Assembly: GCA_043228905.1 (NCBI GenBank)
Contig: JBHGNT010000013.1
Span: 10,230,001 to 10,294,000, forward strand
Reading direction: 5' to 3'
Length of the DNA stretch: 64,000 nt
Origin: Azolla caroliniana
Lineage: Eukaryota > Plantae > Polypodiophyta
Positions 25,301 through 36,000 of this stretch are shown piece after piece; the first letter of the stretch is position 1; every line of letters begins with the position of its first letter. Under the pieces are notes generated by a model. It was not told the origin of the DNA. It worked only from the letters and a program-made list of their open reading frames with translations, and did no database searches. The translations under genes were made by a program, and so were the position numbers.

Positions 25301-27250
25301 ACTTGAAGACAGACACTTTCGCTCAAGCCATTCTAGCGCAAATTGATCCCTCTCAGGCATCTTGTTCACATTCGCAACAACCAGGTACGGACTATCAACA
25401 ATTCGAATGTCATGATGGATATGTTCGGACATGTGATACATGTTGTAGAGCCAAGATGCCAAGACACCATGCATATGGTTTATTAGAACCATTACCAATT
25501 CCAAGCAAGATGTGGCAGTCCATTTCTCTAGATTTTATCACAGATCTTCCAGTTCCAAAGGGATTCAATGCGATCTTAATAGTAGTAGATCGATATTCTA
25601 AGATGGCACATTTCCTGCCTTGTACTAAGGAAATCACTAATGAAGAAACTGCCAAAATTGTCATGCGTGAGGTATTTTGGCATCATGGCCTCCCAAATAG
25701 TATCATCAGTGACCGTGGACCTCAATTCGTCTCAAAATTCTGGAAGCATCTCTTCAAAATGCTCAAGGTCACTTGTAACCGCTCCTCCGGCTATCACCGT
25801 CAAACAGACAGACAAGCAGAATGAACAAATCAAACGCTGGAACAGTATCTTCGGTGTTTTCTAAGCTTATCAACAAGATGATTGAGCAGATATTCTCCAC
25901 TTTGCCAAATTTGCTTATAATAACTCTATCCACTCATTGACTAAGGTTACACCATTTGATGCTTATACATGTTATCATCCTCGGTGGTGTGTATTCGAAA
26001 CTCCAGAGTTACCCACAAATCCACGTGCAGAGGATCATTTGGAGCGGCTACGCAAGATACAAGCATACCTAATGATCGAGAATGTAGCAAATGGTCGAGT
26101 TCTTATTCAAGACTCCCATCGCCAAGGGGGGGGGTGTCATTATATAGCATGTTATGGCTTCAAAAGGATTTGAACCAATGACCTTTTGTCACATGGGTTG
26201 AAGCTCTACCATTAACCTATACATTGTAATACAAAGAATATTTTCATTTATTATTTTACTTAAGAAATTCATGTATATTCTTGATTTCTTTGGAACATTC
26301 TGGAAATGTCAAGAATGCTCCTAAGCACACTATAAAAAGAGGCACATGGCATTATTGAGAACCAATTCGGTTCAATGCTAGTCTTAAGCCTCCTAGTTGT
26401 TCTTGTATCTTTCTCCTTATAATATATATCTTCTATTGCCATCATCTCTCTCTCTCTCTCTCTCGTGAGTTCCACGCTATCTTTTTCTCTTAAGTACTCA
26501 CAATACTCATCCTCCTCTACCTCTAGTACTAATTCCCTCTCCATATTTGTTACCGTGCGAGACGTACGGGTGATTGTTAAGTGTGATAAGTGCGGGTGAA
26601 AGATATATGTATGTGTAATGTCATACGATTATGAGTGTGAATGTAAGTGAGAGTGTGAGGGATATAAAGAGGTGTGAGTTTGTGACTAGGTGTGAATGGC
26701 CAAGGGTCTTGCACCCTTGTGTATCTACCCCTTTGTACCTATATTAACCCCTTATGGGGAATGAATGAAAAAAGGAATAGTTCTCTCTCTCTTCCTCTCT
26801 CTCTCTCTCTCTCTCTCCCATAACGTTGAACCCCTTGGGAGGGGGGTGGAGCCATTCTAGGCACCACCCCCCACCCCACAATGCTTCTCAATGCACATCG
26901 TAATCATGCTCTCAACCCCATAATGCTTATCAATCTCGCCATCACATTGTTTCCATCTTCATCACTATCAATGTCATCATCAATCTTGCAATGCTAATCA
27001 TTTCCATATTCGTATTATTAACAAACCCTAACCCTATTCCTATCTTTATCACCATAATCATTAACCCTAACCCTAAAACCATCAACACTATTTTGGCACG
27101 CGCTACGGCCGACCATCCTTAGAGAAGAAGTCAAAGAAGGATGCACGATGACAACGTAAATGTGAAATGTGCGATAAATGGTGATAATAATGTGGGCGAA
27201 ATCGAATCAACAATGTATGGTAAATGACGGTTACAATATGCTAGATAATG

Positions 27251-27871
27251 TCAATGAATGAGATGTGGCAATACGAATGTGCGAGAAAGAGTGGTGCGGG
27301 AAATGGAGACAAACGAAGACGGTGATGGAATAAGGGAACGGAGCCCGTGATGATGGCATGTAATCCATTGAGCTACGGCGTGCCACAGCTTCCGGCCCTC
27401 CTTGCCGTCCTTCCCTCGTACCATGTCGATTGCCATGCACAACCCGTCTGCAATCAACACCGGCCAGTCCACCTTGACCCCTTCATAGGTGGCTATGATC
27501 ATCCCTGCCCGATTTTTTGGCATGACAGGGGGTCGGGGGTACACGTGACCGTACTCGTGGAGCACTCGAGCTATCTCCCTGAATAGCGGATCTTCGCCGC
27601 CCTGCGTCCGATAGCCTTTGCCGGCAACAGAGTACTCACCGAAATATCGGGTGAGTTGCTCCGAGGTTGGGTTATCGATCTGAAAGATTCCTCCCTCCGG
27701 AAGGCCTGTTAGCGCGCGGATCGCTTCCTCGGTGATGACCTCTGTGGCGAGCTCCTTGATGACCCGGTCGGCTTCTCTGTGCGGCGGTGCCTCCATGATG
27801 GCCAAGAACCCCTCCAGTCCGTTTTGCCTGAACCATTTCCTGGCCGCTTCCGACAGCGTTTGTGGTTCCAT
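27251..27871 (-). CDS. Extra ORF downstream of pol (206 aa), Athila-type accessory/env-like position; function unknown
   Basis: Intact ORF between pol and the LTR; ITEEAIRALTGLP..G and VDWPVLI resemble plant Gypsy extra-ORF patterns (recalled, not searched). Confidence 0.55.
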   Translation of the reverse strand: MEPQTLSEAARKWFRQNGLEGFLAIMEAPPHREADRVIKELATEVITEEAIRALTGLPEGGIFQIDNPTSEQLTRYFGEYSVAGKGYRTQGGEDPLFREIARVLHEYGHVYPRPPVMPKNRAGMIIATYEGVKVDWPVLIADGLCMAIDMVRGKDGKEGRKLWHAVAQWITCHHHGLRSLIPSPSSFVSISRTTLSRTFVLPHLIH

Positions 27872-28247
27872 GTCTGCTTCAAGGTCGAGGGACGATGGCG
27901 AGGTAGAGTGGTGATGAGGGTGAGAGCGAGAGAGAGAGCGTTCTGAGCGCGGGGGTTCTCTGCGTGTAGGTTCGCGTTTGCTCAGCTTCCACTGCCTTGG
28001 TGCTTCTGTGCTTCTTGGCTCGCGAAAAAAAGAAGGTCTCCATGCGCTCCTCTATTTCTCTGTGCGTCTTGGCGCCTTTTTTTCGAGCGTGCGCACGTCG
28101 TGTACCGATTTAGTATTAAGTACGTGGCGGCTCTTAAATGCCCACTACGTACCTTTTCGCGCCTTGCTTTCACACCCGTTCATACCTCGATTTTTAATGA
28201 TTTTTTTTTTTTTTTTTTTTTTCAATCTTTAATGACGGTGTGTGACC

Positions 28248-30545
28248 TTACACATCCGTAGGTCCCTTCGGACCCTGACCGTTTTCCTTACGGGTTGCCG
28301 TGTCTTCCTTCGTCTCTGCTATGGTGAGCTGCATAAACGGGTTCTTTGGCATCGGTCCTTTATAGGGTTTTAGTCGAAATCCGTTTACCCACTTGCCTAG
28401 TACTTCACCGGCAAGTGTCCCTATCTGATAGGACCCGTTGTATTCCCGTGTCAGCCAATACGGGCCTGTCCATCTGAACCGGAGTTTACCCGGCATCTTG
28501 CCCATCCTCGTTTGGAATACTAGCACCGGCTTTCCGATTTCGAACATCTTTTCGTTACCTTTCCGGTGACGGTCAACGAACGCTTTCCGTCGTCGTTGCT
28601 CCAGTTCCATGTGGAGGATGCTGGCCAGCCGTTGCTCCTCCAGTTCGCATAGTGCTGCTAGCCGTATTTCCTCCGACTTCTTTTCATTCAGCCGTTCCCG
28701 TAGTTGGATCCGTAAGCTTGGTACCTGAAACTCGACCGGCATGACCGCTTCTAAGCCGAATGCTAACCGGAACGGCGTTGTCCGGATACTCGTTTTGTAT
28801 GCCGTTCTGTAAGCCCATAGCGCACTATGCAGCTTTGTGTCCCAGTCCGTCCGGTTTTCATTGACAATTTTGCGGAGAATGTTCTGCAGCGTTTTGTTGG
28901 TGGACTCTGCTAACCCGTTCGCCTGTGGGTAATACGGTGTGCTTCTTTTATGGACCACGGCATAGAACGTTGTTAAGCTTTCCACTACCTGGCCGAGGAA
29001 ATGCCCTCCTTGGTCGCTGATCAGTTCAATCGGACATCCGTATCGGCACCAAATGTTCTCGTACAGGAATTTTGCTGTGGATGACGCGGTGTTGTCTCTC
29101 AGGGCCTTAGCTTCCACCCATTTCGTGCAATAATCCGTTGCCACGATGACATAACGATTACCCGTTCTCATTGCCGGTGGCTTGAACGGTCCGACAAAAT
29201 CCAATACCCACTTCTGGAATGGCTCTAGTGGAAGTACCGGTTGGTGTGGCATCCGTGCTTGCTCCGTAGGCTGGCCCATTCGTTGGCATAGGTCACATTC
29301 CTTAGCATACCTGACGGCATCTTTTAGCGTCGTGGGCCACCATAAGCCGCTCTGCCATACCTTTCTTGCCGTCGCTTCCCCGGCATAGTGTCCTCCGGCA
29401 ACCCCACAGTGTGCTTCCCGTAAGATTACTTCTTTCTCGTCACTACGGACTGCCCGTCTCCATATTCCATCTGCTCCTTTGTGGTAGAGAGTGTCCCGTA
29501 ACAGACAGAAATTGCGGCTCTGCACCGCCAGTCGTTTCCTCTCGTCCCGGTTCATTTCCTCCGGTGGCAGGCCCGTGCTTAGGAACTGGTGCATGTTTGT
29601 CAGCCATTTATCTTCTGATGCCACCGTGTCGTCCGCTGCCGTTTCCGGGGTGATACGGAATAACTCCGCGTCCGGGAATTCATCCGCTACTCCGTCGCCT
29701 GGTTCTCCGGACTCTAACCGGCTCAGGTAGTCTGCTACGGCATGCTGGATACCGGGCCGGTGGAAAATCTCGAATTCGAACTCCTGCAACAGCAAGGTCC
29801 AACGGGCCAACTTACCGGTCAGGGACGCCTTGGACACTAAGTACAGAAGCGCCGAGTGATCCACATGAAAGGAAAACTTCCTTCCCAATAGGTAGTGCCG
29901 AAACTTTGTGACGCTGTAGATCATGCCGAGGGCCTCCCGTTCCGTCGTTGAATAGTTCTTCTCCGCTTGGGACAGCTTCCGGCTGGCGTAATATACCGGC
30001 CGGTACCATTTGGGCTCCGTAAGCTGCATTAAGGCGCTGCCAATAGCGATGTCGGACGCGTCCACGAACACGTGAAATTCCTTGCTCCAATCCGGAGGCT
30101 GCACGACGGGTGCTTGCGATAAAAGTACCTTCAGGGCATTGTATGCCTTATCCTCCGTATCCGTCCATTGGAACGGTGTCCGATGTACCGCGGTGTGTAA
30201 TGGTGTAGCCAAGTCAGCCAAGTGACGGAGCATCCGGCTGTGCCACCGGATCTGTCCTAAGAATCGGCTTAGTGCTTTGGCCGTTTTCGGCGCCGGTGCC
30301 CCTAGTATGGCGTTTACTTTGTCCGGGTCGACCGCAATGCCCTCCTTACTTACAATGTGTCCCAGCAATATTCCACTTGAAACCCCGAAGATGCATTTTG
30401 CTGGATTTAAGCTTAGCCGGTATAACCTACACTTTTCAAGGCATAACCGTAGGTGCTGCAAATGGTCTTTTCCCCGGCTATAGACTGCAAAATCATCCAG
30501 GAAAACTTGCATGAAGGCAGGGATGTATTCTCCGAAGATCTCCAT
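28248..30545 (-). CDS. Partial pol: RT C-terminal half, RNase H and integrase (765 aa, uninterrupted); gag, protease and RT N-terminus absent
   Basis: VFLDDFAVY, FHVFVDASD, NYSTTEREAL, HHCC (EAH..GGHY..CDLCQ), LDFVGP, LISDQG, YYPQANGLAE, RWTGPY. Confidence 0.9.
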   Translation of the reverse strand: MEIFGEYIPAFMQVFLDDFAVYSRGKDHLQHLRLCLEKCRLYRLSLNPAKCIFGVSSGILLGHIVSKEGIAVDPDKVNAILGAPAPKTAKALSRFLGQIRWHSRMLRHLADLATPLHTAVHRTPFQWTDTEDKAYNALKVLLSQAPVVQPPDWSKEFHVFVDASDIAIGSALMQLTEPKWYRPVYYASRKLSQAEKNYSTTEREALGMIYSVTKFRHYLLGRKFSFHVDHSALLYLVSKASLTGKLARWTLLLQEFEFEIFHRPGIQHAVADYLSRLESGEPGDGVADEFPDAELFRITPETAADDTVASEDKWLTNMHQFLSTGLPPEEMNRDERKRLAVQSRNFCLLRDTLYHKGADGIWRRAVRSDEKEVILREAHCGVAGGHYAGEATARKVWQSGLWWPTTLKDAVRYAKECDLCQRMGQPTEQARMPHQPVLPLEPFQKWVLDFVGPFKPPAMRTGNRYVIVATDYCTKWVEAKALRDNTASSTAKFLYENIWCRYGCPIELISDQGGHFLGQVVESLTTFYAVVHKRSTPYYPQANGLAESTNKTLQNILRKIVNENRTDWDTKLHSALWAYRTAYKTSIRTTPFRLAFGLEAVMPVEFQVPSLRIQLRERLNEKKSEEIRLAALCELEEQRLASILHMELEQRRRKAFVDRHRKGNEKMFEIGKPVLVFQTRMGKMPGKLRFRWTGPYWLTREYNGSYQIGTLAGEVLGKWVNGFRLKPYKGPMPKNPFMQLTIAETKEDTATRKENGQGPKGPTDV

Positions 30546-31520
30546 GATGATTCGCTGGAAAGTTGCTGGAAAAAAAAAAGAGAGAGGAAAAAGAAATTTA
30601 AAATAATATTATTATAAAGAAATAAAAAGAGAAAGATAGGGGCATAAGACAAATTTCAAAAACTCATGGACCTAAAAGAAATGGACGCAAACCACACACA
30701 ACTCACAAGATACAAAGAAGACTATACATACAACGTTTTTTTGACAACCCGAAGTATGTTACCAAGTTCGTGTGCCGACAGAACGAGAATGTTCGTGTCG
30801 ATAAAGATTCGCTGACCGACAAAGATGTTCGAGTCAAGCGCTCCGATCGAGGGAGTCGATCGTTGAGAGGACCGATGGAAGTTCCGGTCGAAGAAAGATT
30901 ATGATCAAGGCATGTGGGATCGAAGTGCAAGGCACTTTCCCACGGGCGTGCCATATTGTGTTACCGTGCGAGACGTACGGGTGATTGTTAAGTGTGATAA
31001 GTGCGGGTGAAAGATATATGTATGTGTAATGTCATACGATTATGAGTGTGAATGTAAGTGAGAGTGTGAGGGATATAAAGAGGTGTGAGTTTGTGACTAG
31101 GTGTGAATGGCCAAGGGTCTTGCACCCTTGTGTATCTACCCCTTTGTACCTATATTAACCCCTTATGGGGAATGAATGAAAAAAGGAATAGTTCTCTCTC
31201 TCTTCCTCTCTCTCTCTCTCTCTCTCTCCCATAACGTTGAACCCCTTGGGAGGGGGGTGGAGCCATTCTAGGCACCACCCCCCACCCCACAATGCTTCTC
31301 AATGCACATCGTAATCATGCTCTCAACCCCATAATGCTTATCAATCTCGCCATCACATTGTTTCCATCTTCATCACTATCAATGTCATCATCAATCTCGC
31401 AATGCTAATCATTTCCATATTCGTATTATTAACAAACCCTAACCCTATTCCTATCTTTATCACCATAATCATTAACCCTAACCCTAAAACCATCAACAAT
31501 ATTTAGTCCTATTCTTGACA

Positions 31521-31775
31521 CTTAGGTATCAGGATGGCTCAATCATGGCAGAGCACTTGAATGGCTTCCAAGGACTCATCAACCGAACCACCTCTCGAGA
31601 AGTACCTCTAGCCAATGAGGTACTAGCACTATTATTGTTGGGATCCCTTTCGGATAGTTGGGAGACACTTGTTGTCACATTGGGACTTGTCGGACCGGAA
31701 GGGAAACATCTGACCCTAGAGTAGGTGAAAATTTGAGCTTGCTAAATGAGGAAGCTCGTCACAGAAAGTGATACA
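31521..31775 (+). mobile_element. Copia gag fragment (family of 9998-15521)
   Basis: LRYQDGSIMAEHLNGFQGLI..VPLANEVLALLLLGSLSDSWETLVVTLG matches 11050-11230. Confidence 0.85.
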
Positions 31776-31779
31776 CCTC

Positions 31780-33056
31780 GAGCAAGAGGCTGAAATCTTT
31801 CCCTTCTCTTTGTGCATGAACCATCTCCTTGGTTCCTGGCAGGGGATATCACGGCTGAGTCTCCACTACTCGTCCGCTCTTCATGAGACTGGTCATTTCT
31901 ACTCAGTCACTCATGCGGCCCACTTAGCCGGAATGAAATCGAACTCTCATCTAGAGTACCGAATCCTTCTTCATCTTCTAGCCGGATCGTTTCGGGCTTG
32001 CTAGCCTCATCCTCCAAAATCGGGTCGGAGTCGGACATCGGAGCTGGTAGAGAATTCCATGATGCCGACTCATCAAATTTGACATATCAGCTCACTTGAA
32101 CTTGTTTTGTTCGGGGGTTATAGCACTTGTAACCCTTTTGCTCATGTGTGTCGCCGACAAGGATGCACTTCTCCAACTTTGGGTCCAGCTTTCTCCGCTT
32201 CTCATCCGGAACATGCACATATACAATGCTACCAAATATCTTAAGGTGCCGTAAATTCGGCTTTCACCTAAAGTACAACTCATGGGCTTACACCTTATCC
32301 CCGATCCGGTTTTGGATGTAGACGGTCATCCGGACCGCATCGGCCGAGTAGAACTTGGGCCATGCTCTTCTCTTCCAGCATTGCTCGTGTCGCCTCCACA
32401 ATTGACCGGTTCTTCCTTTCGGCCACACCATTTTGTTCCGGTGTATATCGAGAGTTGATTTCCCTCCGAATTCCTTTCTGCTGCAGATAACTATTGAATT
32501 GGCCGGGAAAATATTTTTTTCTGCCATCCAACCGCAAGCACTTGATCTTCCTCTCCATTTTTCATTCTACAAGACTTTGCAGGTTCCAGAAATAGTCGAA
32601 AACTTCGTTTTTCCTTTCGATTAGGTAGATCCATGTGTGTCCGTTGTAGTCATCGATGATAGAGACGAAATATCGACTCCCGCCAAGACTAACGTTCTGT
32701 GTCGGTCCCCATACATCCGAATGTATTAGATTGAGCTTGTTACAGCTCCGGTTTCTTTCGGTGGGGAACGGAAGCGGGTGTTGCTTCCCAAACTGGCAGA
32801 CTTCACATATTTGGGCCTTCCGGTCACTGACTTTTGGCAATCCAAAAACAACTTGTTTCAATTGCAGGTCCTGAAGCTTCCGGTAGTTGACGTGACCGAT
32901 CCACTTAGAGATCGATGTCCGATTCAATTTTCTGTCCTTTGGGAAACAAGGCGGTGCCTACGTCATTGGTGTTGAGGATAAATATCATGTCGTCCCTGCG
33001 CCCTTGCGCGATTATCCGGCCTTCTTCCTCAATGAAGCACCTGAAGTGCGTTATCG
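31780..33056 (-). mobile_element. Degenerate Copia integrase region (relative of 38422-43933)
   Basis: CEVCQFGKQH, LIHSDVWGP, KIKCLRLDG, YTPEQNGVAERKNR on the minus strand, with frameshifts. Confidence 0.85.
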
Positions 33057-36000
33057 TGGTGTGGCTCGCCCAGAAGCATAGCATTGCGCAAACCGAAGAT
33101 AACGTGAAAGTGAGGAAGGAATCGTTGGGATTTTGGACGGAAGAAACAAAAGAGTAGAGATAGAGTAAATAGTGATCATCAAGATGTGACAAGATAGGAT
33201 GTAAAATGATAATTGAGGGAATGTAAGAAATTTATAATTATTTCATGGAAGAGTTACAAAATGGTTGCGAGCATCATTGAACCGTCGAACTTTGTCTCAC
33301 AAGGTAGTCGCTCTTCTCTTTCTTGATAGTAGACCACAATCTTCCCTTCTATCTTTCGATGAGGATAAGACTCGAACCTCCGCCTTTTCATTGCGAGTTG
33401 AGCACCGCTGCCGCCAAGCCTTTTGAAGATTGTATACAGCTTTTACCTTCTCTCCCTCTTTCTCTATTATGGTATCTCTTACAATATAATTTCGCTCGAT
33501 TCCAGACAATAATTCTATTCAATATGATTGATTGATTCCTTGATATCCTTGTTACTATACTCCCTTCTCCTTTTATAGGAAGGGGATGGTTTTGCATGTG
33601 GGCCATATGTCACACATGCAGAGAGGGCTCTTGCATGTGTGCTATATGGTACACATGTAGTACATTACATGGTTTATACATTATCAATTCAAATCATATA
33701 ACACGCATGGATATACAAATCATGGATATTGGGTAAATGGTAAGAATTGAGACTTGTAAGGTAGATGTTGTTAGTTCAAGTCCTCTCTTGCCAATGTGAT
33801 ATGCTATATGTAGTACATTATATGGTTTTATGGTTTAAACCATACAATACTACTTCAAATAAAACAACATATATGGTTCTATTTATATTAAAAGTATAGG
33901 CCAAATGTTAAGGTTTGAGAGTCATAAGGTGGGGGTTATTGGTTCAAGTCCTCTCTTGTTTATGTAATATAATATATATGCTTTTTATTTGCCTCTACAT
34001 ATAATGTATAATATTATCATAGTGTGTTGTTGATATTATCTTTATAAAACATTATGAAGATTTATTTTATTTTAGTTACATATTTATCTTATTGTAGATT
34101 TTTAATGTGAAGCTTTCCTACTTCACAACATCTACCCCCTCTAGAGCTGCACATCCTCCGACATGTGCCACTATCTTTCATCTTCATGTTGATCTATTGG
34201 AGGAGGTTCAAGCTCAAACCTTTTCTTAAATACTTTTATCCTCTTTCCAGCTACCACGTTTAGGATTAGTGTCCCATCCAATTCACTAAGCTTATAAGTA
34301 AAGTTATCATATACTTTTTTTACTATATAGGGCCCAAACCATCTTTCAGCGAACTTGCGGATAGTGCTATGTTGATTATCTAAACTGCTATCATACACAA
34401 GCACCCAATCCCCCTCTTCTATTTTCTTAGGCCAAATTCTATGAGTTTTATCAAAGCGAATTTTATTCTTCAGTCGAGCCTCCTTCAATCGTTGGGCTGC
34501 TAATTCTACATCTTAAGGCCGATGCTCTAATTGCTAAATTCGCAATGCAAGCAATTCTTCTCTGCTCAGCTCTTCTCTCCATGGAATAGATGTCCATGAC
34601 ATAATTGATTCTTCTATTGGCATGATGGGCTTTTGGCCAAGTATCAGTTCAGCTGGCAAATATCCTGTTACAGAACTATGTGGTGTCTGATCTGCCCATA
34701 GTGCATAAGGTAGCATACATGGCCAATCTCTTATTCTACCTTTACAACTTTTCACGATAGCCTTAACTACTAGGCTATGTCCTCTTTTAATCTTTCCATT
34801 ACCCTCCGGATTATATGCAGTTGTAAGCGATAATTTGACCCCTATCCGGCTGAAGAATTCTTTAGCTTCATCAAAATCAAGTTCTCCTCTATCTGCAATT
34901 ATTTTACCAACACACCCATAATGACATATTGCATCTTCTAACAAAAATTTACATACAGCTCTAGTTGTTTTTTGTCGTAGTGGTCTTCCTTCTACTTGGT
35001 TTGTAAGGTCTTCTCTTGCTAGTACTAAATATCGCATTTGACCTTCCCCAAGTGGCATTGTCACTAGATCAACCATCCATTTATAATGCATTGATGATGA
35101 ATATGTTGGTTTTCTCTCATCTCAATACCGAATAGTTGAATACCTATGGCAAACCTCACAGGTTTCCACAAATTTCGTTACACCTATATATATATGTGGC
35201 CACCAACACTTTTCTTTCAACTTCATAAATGTTGCTCATATGCCTCTATGTCCTGCCCACAAACTATCATGGAATTCATTAATTAATTTTTTCTTAATTT
35301 CATCCTTACAAATGACTCGAAGAGGATTCTCGGTTGGCCTTTTTGGACACCTCCATAAATGCCCTTCATGTAGAAAAAATTTGAATGCTCATCTTCGAAA
35401 TTCATTTAATTATTTCTTCGACCATGATGGGTAACTTGGCTTCTTGAGTCTTTAGAAAATTTCCTATTTCTAAACATTGACCTTCATACTCCATGCCTTT
35501 GAACATTATGCTTACATTAAACTCATCATGAGGCTTAATAGATACTTGATGAGCAACTTGATGACTTGTAGTTGCCCAATTCTTATCTTCAGCTTGCATC
35601 ACCCTTTCATTTATGAACCTTGCTCTTGACAGCATATCTGTGATTGGGTTCTCTTTGCCCTTTATATGTCATAATTCTGGGTTCATGGTTCTGATGTATG
35701 CAATCCACCGAAGCATTGCAATATCTGGTGTCGTGCAACTTGCTATCATTCCGATGAGTGGCAGACAATCTGTTCAACCACTACATCTGCTCCGATCAAG
35801 TAATCTCTATCTATTTTTAATGTAGTAAGCAAACCCTACAATTCTCGTTTAAAATAATTTCTTTTTCTTTCATTTAATATCTTTGCTCCAAACCTGATAG
35901 CATATTGATGTTGATCTTCATCTTCTTGGTTGATAACCCAACCGATCCCAATTGGGCTAGTATCAACTGTCACTATAATTGGTGTTTCACCTTTGTAGTA

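Larger units (their letters stand above)
26548..31498 (-). mobile_element. Young, internally deleted non-chromoviral (Athila/Tat-like) Gypsy inserted in the 3' LTR of the previous element; strand given is the coding strand
   Basis: 540-bp LTRs at 26548-27087 and 30959-31498, TG...CA, essentially identical (one substitution seen by eye); TSD ATATT. Confidence 0.95.
22312..31520 (+). mobile_element. Tcn1/Tf1-group-like Gypsy, degenerate. 5' LTR remnant 22312-22406; 3' LTR 26136-26547 plus 31499-31520, split by a nested element
   Basis: Gag KEPKIGLPMIFDG..RVGLVGTLLSGSALAWF, protease [21 protein letters not shown], RNase H NYEIHDKELLAIV, integrase WQSISLDFITDLP; G-run PPT at about 26125-26135; LTR tail TACTCATCCTCCTCTACCTCTAGTACTAATTCCCTCTCCAT present in both copies. 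Confidence 0.9.

Noticed and set aside
26150-26225. Functional tRNA genes here and at 33720-33962
   Set aside because: Acceptor and anticodon stems do not pair convincingly; reported only as tRNA-like modules
27020-27080. AAACCCTAACCCT as an interstitial telomere
   Set aside because: Only a few telo-box-like units, and they are part of the LTR (repeated at 31430-31490)
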